Positions 46,381 through 54,707 of a stretch of 64,000 nucleotides of DNA are shown here, piece by piece. This DNA comes from an uncultured Bacteroidota bacterium (lineage in GTDB: Bacteria > Bacteroidota > Bacteroidia > Bacteroidales > WCHB1-69). The notes below the pieces were generated by a model. That model searched no databases, was not told the DNA's origin, and saw nothing but the letters and a program-made list of their open reading frames with translations. The stretch is from the NCBI GenBank assembly GCA_902796805.1, contig CADBQG010000070.1:2820-66819 (forward strand), given 5' to 3'. The first letter of the stretch is position 1; every line of letters starts with the position of its first letter. A program made the position numbers and the translations under genes.

Positions 46381-49032
46381 TCAGTGAGCCTCGAACCAGT
46401 TGGCGCCGCTGTTCACGCTCACGTCTAACGGCACGTTCAGTTTCATGGCGGTGCTCATGTCGTGCACAACCAAATTCTTGAGTTTTTCGAGTTCTTCGGG
46501 AACCGTGTCGAACACAAGTTCGTCGTGCACTTGCAGTATCATCTTGCTCTTCATGTTGTTTTCTGCCATGTGCCTGTGTATGCTTACCATGGCGATCTTG
46601 ATGAGGTCGGCGGCGGTGCCTTGTATCGGTGCGTTAATGGCGTTGCGCTCAGCGGCCGCGCGGAGAACGCCGTTGCGCGCGTTTATGTCGCGGATGTTCC
46701 GGCGGCGTCCCATCAGGGTCTCCACATATTCGTGTTCGCGCGCGAATTCGAGGGTGGAGTTCAGGTAGTCGGAGATTTTAGGGAACGACCTGAAGTAATC
46801 TGAGATCAGGTTGCGGGCCTCAGACTGCGGCACCTGCAGCCTGTCGGCGAGTCCGAAGGCGGAGATTCCGTACAAAATGCCGAAGTTAACCGTCTTGGCG
46901 GCGCGCCGCATGTCGGGCGTTACGTCTTCCACTGCAACGTTGAAGATGTGTGCCGCCATCGTGGCGTGGATGTCCTCGTTTCTCCTGAAAGTCTCGATCA
47001 TGCGCTCGTCGCCGCACACGTGCGCCACAATCCTCAGCTCGATCTGCGAGTAGTCGGCGGCCATGAGTACATTGCCCTCTGAAGGCACGAAGGCCTTCCT
47101 TATGTCGCGGCCGCGCTCCGTGCGTATGGGTATGTTCTGCAGGTTCGGGTTTACCGAGCTCAACCGCCCGGTGGTGGTGATTGTCTGTGTGAAGGTTGTG
47201 TGTATGCGCCCGGTCCTGGGGTTTATCAGCTGCGGAAGGGCGTCGATGTATGTCGATTTCAGCTTTGTGAGCTGCCGCCATTCAAGTATCAGCGGAACAA
47301 TAGGGTGCTTGAAAGTGAGTTTTTTCAAGACTTCTTCCCCGGTCTGGAACTGCTTGTTCTTGGTGAGCTTGGCGTTCTTGACAATCTGTAACTTGTTGAA
47401 AAGAATCTCTCCAAGCTGCTTTGGCGAGGCTATGTTGAAAGTCTCTCCGGCATAGTCGTAGATTTTCGCCTCTATGTCTGAGATTTCCGCCGCCATGGTG
47501 TCGGAGTTCCTGCGCAAGGCTACGGTGTCGATTCTGACACCGGTGTGTTCCATGTCGGCCAAGACCGGCACCAGCGGCATCTCTATCTCCTGAAGGAGCT
47601 TCTCAAGATTGTTTTTCTTCAGTTCTTCGCTCACTATTGAGTGTATCTTGCTTATGATTAGAAGTTTCTCGCCTATGCTGCCGGCTTCTTCAGAATACTC
47701 GTAGTGGAGATAGTCCCACGCGATGTCGGAAAGTTCGTGCTTGCGTTCGGGCTGAAGCAGGTAGTGTGCTATCTTTATGTCCCGGAAACGACACTCCGGA
47801 ACGACATGGAACGACTTCAGGTATTTGAACGTGTTCTTGCAGTCGTGCATCACCACGGTGTGCCCCTTGCCGAATATTTCTTCGATGAAGGCCCTGTAGT
47901 TCCGCTCCTCAACTTCAACATTGTGAACATGGCACTTCTTGCCCCCAAAGTAGAAGGCGAGACCGGAAATCTTCCCGTCGGTGAGGATCCAGTCGAAGAA
48001 AATGTTGTCTTGAGAATGCAGGTCCTCGACATCGGAGACCCTCTCCACAGCGATTGTTTCAGGGATGTCGAGTGTGACTTTGCCGTCATCGTGCAGACTT
48101 TCCGGCTCGGCTTCGCTGAAGAGGTCGAGGGGTGCGGACTCGGATTTGTTCAGCGACAGGTCGGACAAAATCCGTTTTGCGAGCGTTCTGAACTCCAGTT
48201 CATCGAAAACCCTCTTCAATTCGGCGACGTTCGGGGTGGTGTATGCCATGCTGTTGAAGTCGTAGGGCATGGGAATGTCTATCATTATCGTGGCCAGCTG
48301 TTTCGACAGGAAGGCCTGCTCGCGGTGGGTGTTCATCAGGGTTCGGGTTTTCTCGTTGTCGAGGTCGAAGTTTCTCTCGTACATTCCCTCTATGGACCCG
48401 TAGTTCGACAGCAGTTTCTGCGCCCTCACCTGTCCTATCCCCGGCACCCCGGGTATGTTATCCGAAGAGTCGCCCCACAGCCCGAGCATGTCGATGAGCT
48501 GTTCAGGTCGCTCGATCTTGTATTTCTCGCATATTTCGTCCACACCTACAATCTCCGCCGGCTGGCCGAACTTTCCGGGGCGGTACATCTTTATGTGCTC
48601 GGAGACAAGCTGGCCGTAGTCCTTGTCGGAGGTCATCATCAGCACGTCAAAACCTTTTATCTCGGCATGTTTAGCAAGCGAGCCGATGATGTCGTCGGCC
48701 TCGTATCCGTCGATGCCTATGGTTTTTATCCTGAAAGCGTCCAAAATTCTTTTAATATACGGCACAGACTGTATTATGTCATCGGGCGTGGCCTCGCGGT
48801 TCTCCTTGTAGTGTTCGTATTCCGCGTGGCGGAAGGTCGGTGCGCCGGTGTCGAACGCAACCGCTACGTGTGTGGGCTTTTCGCTTTTCAGCACGTCGTA
48901 AAGGGAATTTGTAAAACCCAGTACCGCTGATGTGTTTATTCCTGTTGAGGTGAAGCGGGGGCTTTTTATCATGGCGTAGTATGCCCTGAAAATCAAACCC
49001 ATGGCATCGATGAGAAGCAGTTTGTTCGACAT
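46381..49032 (-). CDS. polA: DNA polymerase I
   Basis: 5'-nuclease N-terminus (LLLIDAMGLIFRAYYA) and polymerase motifs DYSQIELR, RRAAKTVNFGILYG, and QVHDELV. Confidence 0.93.
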   Translation of the reverse strand: MSNKLLLIDAMGLIFRAYYAMIKSPRFTSTGINTSAVLGFTNSLYDVLKSEKPTHVAVAFDTGAPTFRHAEYEHYKENREATPDDIIQSVPYIKRILDAFRIKTIGIDGYEADDIIGSLAKHAEIKGFDVLMMTSDKDYGQLVSEHIKMYRPGKFGQPAEIVGVDEICEKYKIERPEQLIDMLGLWGDSSDNIPGVPGIGQVRAQKLLSNYGSIEGMYERNFDLDNEKTRTLMNTHREQAFLSKQLATIMIDIPMPYDFNSMAYTTPNVAELKRVFDELEFRTLAKRILSDLSLNKSESAPLDLFSEAEPESLHDDGKVTLDIPETIAVERVSDVEDLHSQDNIFFDWILTDGKISGLAFYFGGKKCHVHNVEVEERNYRAFIEEIFGKGHTVVMHDCKNTFKYLKSFHVVPECRFRDIKIAHYLLQPERKHELSDIAWDYLHYEYSEEAGSIGEKLLIISKIHSIVSEELKKNNLEKLLQEIEMPLVPVLADMEHTGVRIDTVALRRNSDTMAAEISDIEAKIYDYAGETFNIASPKQLGEILFNKLQIVKNAKLTKNKQFQTGEEVLKKLTFKHPIVPLILEWRQLTKLKSTYIDALPQLINPRTGRIHTTFTQTITTTGRLSSVNPNLQNIPIRTERGRDIRKAFVPSEGNVLMAADYSQIELRIVAHVCGDERMIETFRRNEDIHATMAAHIFNVAVEDVTPDMRRAAKTVNFGILYGISAFGLADRLQVPQSEARNLISDYFRSFPKISDYLNSTLEFAREHEYVETLMGRRRNIRDINARNGVLRAAAERNAINAPIQGTAADLIKIAMVSIHRHMAENNMKSKMILQVHDELVFDTVPEELEKLKNLVVHDMSTAMKLNVPLDVSVNSGANWFEAH

Positions 49033-49060
49033 GTCGGTGTGTGTTTTAGATACAAAGTCG

Positions 49061-49068
49061 CAAAAATA
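49061..49068 (-). promoter_or_regulatory. -7 promoter box TATTTTTG for polA
   Basis: caaaaata on the + strand, 29 nt upstream of ATG 49032. Confidence 0.45.
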
Positions 49069-49121
49069 CTTAAAAAAACAAGATTCTTACAAACAACATG
49101 TGGGTCATACCCATTTTTTTA

Positions 49122-49129
49122 TATCTTTG
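49122..49129 (+). promoter_or_regulatory. -7 promoter box TATCTTTG for the C25 peptidase gene
   Basis: tatctttg lies 28 nt upstream of ATG 49157. It sits inside the longer ORF-track model (49001), which argues for the 49157 start. Confidence 0.55.
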
Positions 49130-49156
49130 CAGGCATTTTTTTACAAGTGGTTTAAT

Positions 49157-52100
49157 ATGAAGAGACATGTCGCCAGAATTACTGGCATAATCGTATTTTT
49201 TGCGTTGATAGCGGGTGCAAACGCTCAGAATATCAGACGGACACTGGTCAAGAGTGGCCCTGAATCCGCCGTGGTCCGCATTGATTTTACTAATTACAGT
49301 ACGCAGACAGTTAATGTTGACGGAGAACAGATGCAATATCTGTCGATGGACGGAGCATGGCCAGTGTTGGAGGAGGGTGCCCCGGAACTTCTGCAATACA
49401 CCTTCTCCCTCATCATGCCTGACGACGCACAGCCTGAAATCGAGATTCTGGACGAACAGTACTCCGAAATAACCGATTTCAGCCTTGCGCCCTCAAAAGG
49501 CTCGATCATGCGCAATGTGAACCCGGATGAGGTCCCATTCATAAAGGGAGAGTCCTACAGGTCGCGAGAGTATCTTGTCGGCAGTTCCGCGAAGCTGGCC
49601 CAGCACTATCGTCTCCGCGACTTTCATGGAGTAGCTGTGAAGGCCTATCCTTTCGACTACAACCCGGGCAGCAAGACATTGAGAGCATATTCGTCGGTTA
49701 CCATGAAGATCACCTATAACGGAACTTCCTCCAAGGTTTCTGCAAGAAAAAACAACAAAACCTTCGACGGGATCTATTCGAACCATTTCCTGAACTACGG
49801 CTCACAGTTCCGCAGCGACGCCATAAGTGAAGAGGGCGACATTCTGGTCATCGCCCCGGAGGCCTTCTTCGAGGCCATGCAGCCATACATTGACTGGAAG
49901 ACCCGGGCGGGTTACAATGTGGAGATGGTTTCCGTGTCGGAGGCCGGCTCCAACAGCACACAGATAAAGTCTTTCATCTCGAATTATTATGGAAGCCACA
50001 ATTTGACATTCGTGGTGATAGTTGGCGACAACACGCTTTTCCCGGCGCCTGTGATAAGCGGCTACTACTGCGACAACTATTACACCGAAATCGTGGGCGA
50101 CGACAACTATCCCGACATCATTCTTGGAAAAATATCCGCCGAGAATGCAGATCAGGTCGCCTTGCAGGTGAGAAAGTTCCTCGAGTATGAACAGAATCCG
50201 ACAAACACCGACCATTTTCCTGTTTTCCTTGGACTTGCATCAGACGACGCAAACACGGAGAGTGCCGACAACGGGGAATACGACTGGCAACATATAAGAT
50301 TGATAAACGACAAGTTGATGGGTTTCACATACAGTTCGGGCTATGAACTGTTCGAGGGCTCGCGCGGAGGTTTGGATGCCGCCGGAGATCCGACCGTTGC
50401 GCAAGTAACCACAGCTGTGAACAGCGGAGTGGGGATAATAAACTATTGCGGCCATGGCGACTGGGACAGATGGAGTACCACAGGTTTCAGCAACACTAAC
50501 GTTAACGCCCTCGCTAACAACGGGAAGCTACCGTTTGTAATTTCTGTTGCCTGCCTGAACGGGCAGTACTATAATCGCACTTGCTTTGCGGAGACATGGT
50601 TGCGGGCCTCAAACAACGGCCAGCCGTCGGGCGCCGTAGGTTTTACAGGCTCCACGATAAACCAGCCGTGGAAAGAGCCCATGCGCGCGCAGGACTGCAT
50701 GATCGATATCCTCGTTGATTCAACCAACACGCAGAAAAAGATCACCTTCGGCGGCATCTTCTTCAATGGCATGATAGGAATGTTGGATGTCTATCCAACC
50801 ACAACCACAACGAACACTTTCCGCACTTGGATACTCTTCGGGGATCCCACGCTGCTCCTCCGCACCGACATCCCTCAGGAACTCACTGTGGACTATCAGC
50901 CTGTTGTGCTTGTAGGAACCCAGTCGGTTGATTTTACATCGGAGGTTGACAATGCAAAAGTTGCCTTGTCGAAAGGTGGGGAACTCGTGAAAGCCGGAAC
51001 AATCAGCGGCAATTCACTTCAGCTTGAACTTGAAGAGACATACACACCAACCGACACGCTTTTTGTAACAGCAACGGCCCAGAACCGAATCCCACATATG
51101 GGTTCGATAACGTTTGCGCCGAACAGCGGCTCCTACGTTATATGCAGCAACTTCGCTGTCAGCAGCAACAACGGCGTGGCCGAATACGGCGAGAGCGTTA
51201 CAATGGCGGCATCGTTCAAGAATGTGGGCGTGCAACCAGCCGGCAACACCCAGGTGAAGATTTCCACCGACGACAGCTACGTGACACTTACAAGCAGCAC
51301 GCTTTCTTTTGCCAATATAAATCCTGACGAGACCAAGACACAGGACAACGCCTTCAGTTTCACCGTCTCGCCGGCGGTTCCCAACAACCACGTGGTTGAC
51401 TTCAGGATGATAATTGTTACGCCAGGTTGCGACACAATAAAGTCTTCCAAGAAGGTCAAGATCTTCGCCCCGCAGCCGGTTTTCGCAGGGATGGCGCTCG
51501 ACGACTCTCAGTTAGGCAACGGGGATTCAAGGCTCGATTTTGAAGAGAGTGCCACGGTGAGGATAACGGTGCGCAATGTTGGTAACTCAAAGTCGAAGGC
51601 AGGTGTGCTCACAGTGAAAAACCCGGCCGAAGACATAGAAGTGTCGACCATCAATTTCGACGTCCCGCAGCTTGAAAACTCGGAGTCCCTCACTTTCGAC
51701 TGCACGGTAACGGTCAGCAGTGAAATCGACGAGACCACGATAACGTACATAAAGGCGACATACACTACAGGCGAGTACAGCGTAACCGAATATTTTCCGG
51801 TGAAAATCGGCGCCATTGTTGAAGACTGGGAGACCGGCGACCTGACGGGAATGGAGTGGGAGAGCAATTCCGCGACCCCGTGGTTCGTTACAGCTCAAAT
51901 GCCGTATAAAGGTTCATATTGCATAAAGTCCGGGCGAATAGCAAATTCGGCGTCAACATCGTTGCAGATAACCTCCGACAGTCCTGTTAACGACTCAATC
52001 TCCTTCTATTACAAGGTTTCTTCCGAAAGCAGCGACTATCTGAGGTTCTTCATCGACGGCCAGAAGGTGGGAGAGTGGTCTGGTATTGTTCCGTGGACGC

Positions 52101-52495
52101 GCGCCGCATTCCCGGTGGATTCTGGCACACACACCTATTCGTGGAGGTATGTCAAGGACCTTTGGTGGTCGACAGGCAGTGACTGCGCTTGGATCGATGA
52201 GATTGAGTTCCCGGCCGGAAAGATAAACTCGCCAGTGTCAATCGACAACCGTGAAGACGTAGGCATACGTGTCATGCCCAATCCCGCTTCAGATTATGTG
52301 TATGTGGATTTGACAGAAGAGCTGCCCGCAGCCTCATACAGGATTTTCGACTTGACAGGCAGACTGTTGGGAGGTGGAGCGCTTTTAGCGGACCGCACAA
52401 AGGTGTCTTTGGCAAAATATCCAGAGGGAGCCTATGTTATGGAGGTGTTGAGTGCAAATAAGGTTGTCAAGACACAAAAAATCATTAAGAAATAA
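49157..52495 (+). CDS. peptidase C25 (gingipain-like cysteine protease) with T9SS type-A CTD
   Basis: Signal peptide MKRHVARITGIIVFFALIAGANAQ. Catalytic His context INYCGHGD (His codon 50453-50455) and Cys context ISVACLNG (Cys codon 50552-50554). ILVIAPEAFFEAMQPYIDWKTRAGY is the typical gingipain fold entry. The C-terminus is VMPNPASDYVYV...GAYVMEVL...KIIKK. Confidence 0.8.
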   Translation: MKRHVARITGIIVFFALIAGANAQNIRRTLVKSGPESAVVRIDFTNYSTQTVNVDGEQMQYLSMDGAWPVLEEGAPELLQYTFSLIMPDDAQPEIEILDEQYSEITDFSLAPSKGSIMRNVNPDEVPFIKGESYRSREYLVGSSAKLAQHYRLRDFHGVAVKAYPFDYNPGSKTLRAYSSVTMKITYNGTSSKVSARKNNKTFDGIYSNHFLNYGSQFRSDAISEEGDILVIAPEAFFEAMQPYIDWKTRAGYNVEMVSVSEAGSNSTQIKSFISNYYGSHNLTFVVIVGDNTLFPAPVISGYYCDNYYTEIVGDDNYPDIILGKISAENADQVALQVRKFLEYEQNPTNTDHFPVFLGLASDDANTESADNGEYDWQHIRLINDKLMGFTYSSGYELFEGSRGGLDAAGDPTVAQVTTAVNSGVGIINYCGHGDWDRWSTTGFSNTNVNALANNGKLPFVISVACLNGQYYNRTCFAETWLRASNNGQPSGAVGFTGSTINQPWKEPMRAQDCMIDILVDSTNTQKKITFGGIFFNGMIGMLDVYPTTTTTNTFRTWILFGDPTLLLRTDIPQELTVDYQPVVLVGTQSVDFTSEVDNAKVALSKGGELVKAGTISGNSLQLELEETYTPTDTLFVTATAQNRIPHMGSITFAPNSGSYVICSNFAVSSNNGVAEYGESVTMAASFKNVGVQPAGNTQVKISTDDSYVTLTSSTLSFANINPDETKTQDNAFSFTVSPAVPNNHVVDFRMIIVTPGCDTIKSSKKVKIFAPQPVFAGMALDDSQLGNGDSRLDFEESATVRITVRNVGNSKSKAGVLTVKNPAEDIEVSTINFDVPQLENSESLTFDCTVTVSSEIDETTITYIKATYTTGEYSVTEYFPVKIGAIVEDWETGDLTGMEWESNSATPWFVTAQMPYKGSYCIKSGRIANSASTSLQITSDSPVNDSISFYYKVSSESSDYLRFFIDGQKVGEWSGIVPWTRAAFPVDSGTHTYSWRYVKDLWWSTGSDCAWIDEIEFPAGKINSPVSIDNREDVGIRVMPNPASDYVYVDLTEELPAASYRIFDLTGRLLGGGALLADRTKVSLAKYPEGAYVMEVLSANKVVKTQKIIKK

Positions 52496-52498
52496 CAG

Positions 52499-53272
52499 AT
52501 GAGAGATAAGGAAATGACCATTTTGGTGGTGAATGACGACGGCTTCGAGGCACGTGGTCTGGAAGCGATGGTGAGTATAGCGAGAAATTTCGGGAATGTT
52601 ACCGTGGTGGTTCCCGACAGAACGCGCTCAGGCATGGGGCACGCCATCACCATGAACGAGCCGCTGCGGCTCAGCAACTATAAGAATGAAGGCGGAATAT
52701 CATACTGGAGAACCAACGGAACACCGGTCGACTGTGTCAAATTAGGCGAGAAAGTGCTTCTGCGAGACAAAAAGATTGACTTGGTCCTGTCGGGTATAAA
52801 CCATGGCTCCAACTCATCTGTGAGTCTAATATATTCAGGCACCATGGCTGCTGCCATAGAGGCATGTTTCAGCAACATGCCGGCCATAGGCATCTCTCTT
52901 CTCGACTATTCTCCCAACGCCGATTTCACCGCTGCGGTGCATTACGGCAAAATAATCGTGGGAAAAGCGATAGAGAAAGGTATCCCTGCTGGAACGTGCC
53001 TCAATGTGAATGTGCCGAAGGTGCCGGTGGATGAAATAAAAGGCGTAAAGGTTACCCGCCAGTGCGACGGAGTGTGGCAGGAGGATCTCCTCGAAAGGGT
53101 CGACGCCTTCGGACGCAAGTACTATTGGCTCACGGGGCATTTGGAACACAAGGAGTTCGAACCCGACACCTGCGAGTGGGCACTCAACAACAACTTCGTC
53201 TCAGTTCAGCCAGTGCAGTATGACCTCACAGCCCACAAACACATTCCTGAACTCAAATATCTGGAATTATGA
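52499..53272 (+). CDS. surE: 5'/3'-nucleotidase SurE
   Basis: ILVVNDDGFEARGL and SGINHGSN motifs. An alternative start is ATG 52514. Confidence 0.88.
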   Translation: MRDKEMTILVVNDDGFEARGLEAMVSIARNFGNVTVVVPDRTRSGMGHAITMNEPLRLSNYKNEGGISYWRTNGTPVDCVKLGEKVLLRDKKIDLVLSGINHGSNSSVSLIYSGTMAAAIEACFSNMPAIGISLLDYSPNADFTAAVHYGKIIVGKAIEKGIPAGTCLNVNVPKVPVDEIKGVKVTRQCDGVWQEDLLERVDAFGRKYYWLTGHLEHKEFEPDTCEWALNNNFVSVQPVQYDLTAHKHIPELKYLEL

Positions 53273-53580
53273 TTGAAAAATTCAGAAAAGATTCATATAT
53301 CCTCGGCGCGGCGTTAGGAATCATCGTTCCTGCCGTTCTGTACGGCATTATATACGGCGTGTTTGCGCTTGTCATGAACGCCAATCCCGACATATTGCTC
53401 AACAATCCCGGAATTGTCAAGAGCCTGGTGCCTAAGTTCATCCTTATTGCGATGATACCGAGTGTTTTCATCTTGAGGCACTATCTTCTTAACCTGAAGT
53501 ACGACAAGACGGGAAGGGGAATATTGTTGGCCACGTTCGCCCTTGCAGTGGTTTTCGTGATTGTGCAGTTCACGCTGTAG
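53269..53580 (+). CDS. hypothetical small integral membrane protein
   Basis: Three hydrophobic segments and an ATGA overlap with surE. I recognise no family. Confidence 0.45.
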   Translation: MIEKFRKDSYILGAALGIIVPAVLYGIIYGVFALVMNANPDILLNNPGIVKSLVPKFILIAMIPSVFILRHYLLNLKYDKTGRGILLATFALAVVFVIVQFTL

Positions 53581-53603
53581 GCGCGAAAACAGTCCTTGGC
53601 AGA

Positions 53604-54680
53604 CTAATTGAGGCTTACCCTCGGGTCGAGCCACCCGTAGATTATGTCGCACACCACGTTTATCACCACGAGGATTATGGAGACATAAAGGAGCGACCCC
53701 ATGACGACGGGGAAGTCGTACTTGTCCAATCCGTCGAGAATCACTACGCCCATGCCTTTCCAGTCGAATATGTATTCCACGAAGACCGCGCCGGCCAGCA
53801 GGCTTGCAAGCCACCCCGATATTGCAGTGATGACCGGGTTGAGGGCGTTTTTAAGGGCATGAGTAACTATTATTCTCCTTTTTCCGAGGCCTTTTGCTTT
53901 GGCAGTTCTTATGTAGTCTTGTGAAAGCACGTCCAGAAGAGAGTTTTTGGTGAGTTCAATCACCACTGCCAACGGTCTGATGCCGAGAGTGAGAGCGGGG
54001 AGTATTATGTTTTTAAAGTTGACATACTGTCCTGAACCGTAGTCATCGACGGTGTAAAGGCTTCCGAACATGTTCAGTCCTGTGATGTCGGACAGCAGGA
54101 AGGCGAAGACCCAGGCGAAGAGTATTGCGGCGAAGAACGAGGGGACGGACATCCCGAGCACGGAGACTGCAAGTGCCGTCTTGTCGAACCATGTGTCCTT
54201 GTACAGGGCGCAGAAAATGCCGATTACAATACCTATGATCAGTGCGAAGACTATTGACACCACTGCAAGCAGAAGTGTCTTGGGGAATGCTTCAGCGATT
54301 ATTTCAGACACCGGCCTTTTGCTTTGGTACGATCGCCGCAGGTAAGGGGTTTTGAACACCACTGCGGAGTTTTTCATTTGAATCAGCTTCGCATAATGAT
54401 AATTGTCGTCGTTAAGATAGAAAAAGGAGTCGGTGTCGCGGGTTTTATGCCATGAAATAGGGGAAACATCGTTGAGGTAGGCCAAATATTGCACACCAAT
54501 AGGCAGGTCGAGGCCCATCTCCTTCCTTATGGCCTCCTCGGTGTCGAGGTCGCTGCGCTGTCCCATGATCATCCTGGCGGGGTCGGAGGGCAGCACAGTG
54601 AAAAGAAAGAAAACCAGGGTGACCACTCCAAACATCAGAAGCAGTCCGTACCCGATTTTCTTTACGATATACCTCAGCAC
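53604..54680 (-). CDS. ABC transporter permease (DppB/OppB-type)
   Basis: IVKKIGYGLLLMFGVVTLVFFL N-terminus and the EAA-like loop YIRTAKAKGL. No partner ABC genes lie in the window. Confidence 0.8.
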   Translation of the reverse strand: MLRYIVKKIGYGLLLMFGVVTLVFFLFTVLPSDPARMIMGQRSDLDTEEAIRKEMGLDLPIGVQYLAYLNDVSPISWHKTRDTDSFFYLNDDNYHYAKLIQMKNSAVVFKTPYLRRSYQSKRPVSEIIAEAFPKTLLLAVVSIVFALIIGIVIGIFCALYKDTWFDKTALAVSVLGMSVPSFFAAILFAWVFAFLLSDITGLNMFGSLYTVDDYGSGQYVNFKNIILPALTLGIRPLAVVIELTKNSLLDVLSQDYIRTAKAKGLGKRRIIVTHALKNALNPVITAISGWLASLLAGAVFVEYIFDWKGMGVVILDGLDKYDFPVVMGSLLYVSIILVVINVVCDIIYGWLDPRVSLN

Positions 54681-54707
54681 GACTAAATGTTATATGTTTG
54701 CGAGTTG

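Noticed and set aside
47704-48930. 408-aa plus-strand ORF inside polA.
   Set aside because: It is antisense to a fully motif-supported DNA polymerase I. The sequence is low-complexity and Val/Gly/Arg-rich with no promoter box, so it is a shadow ORF.
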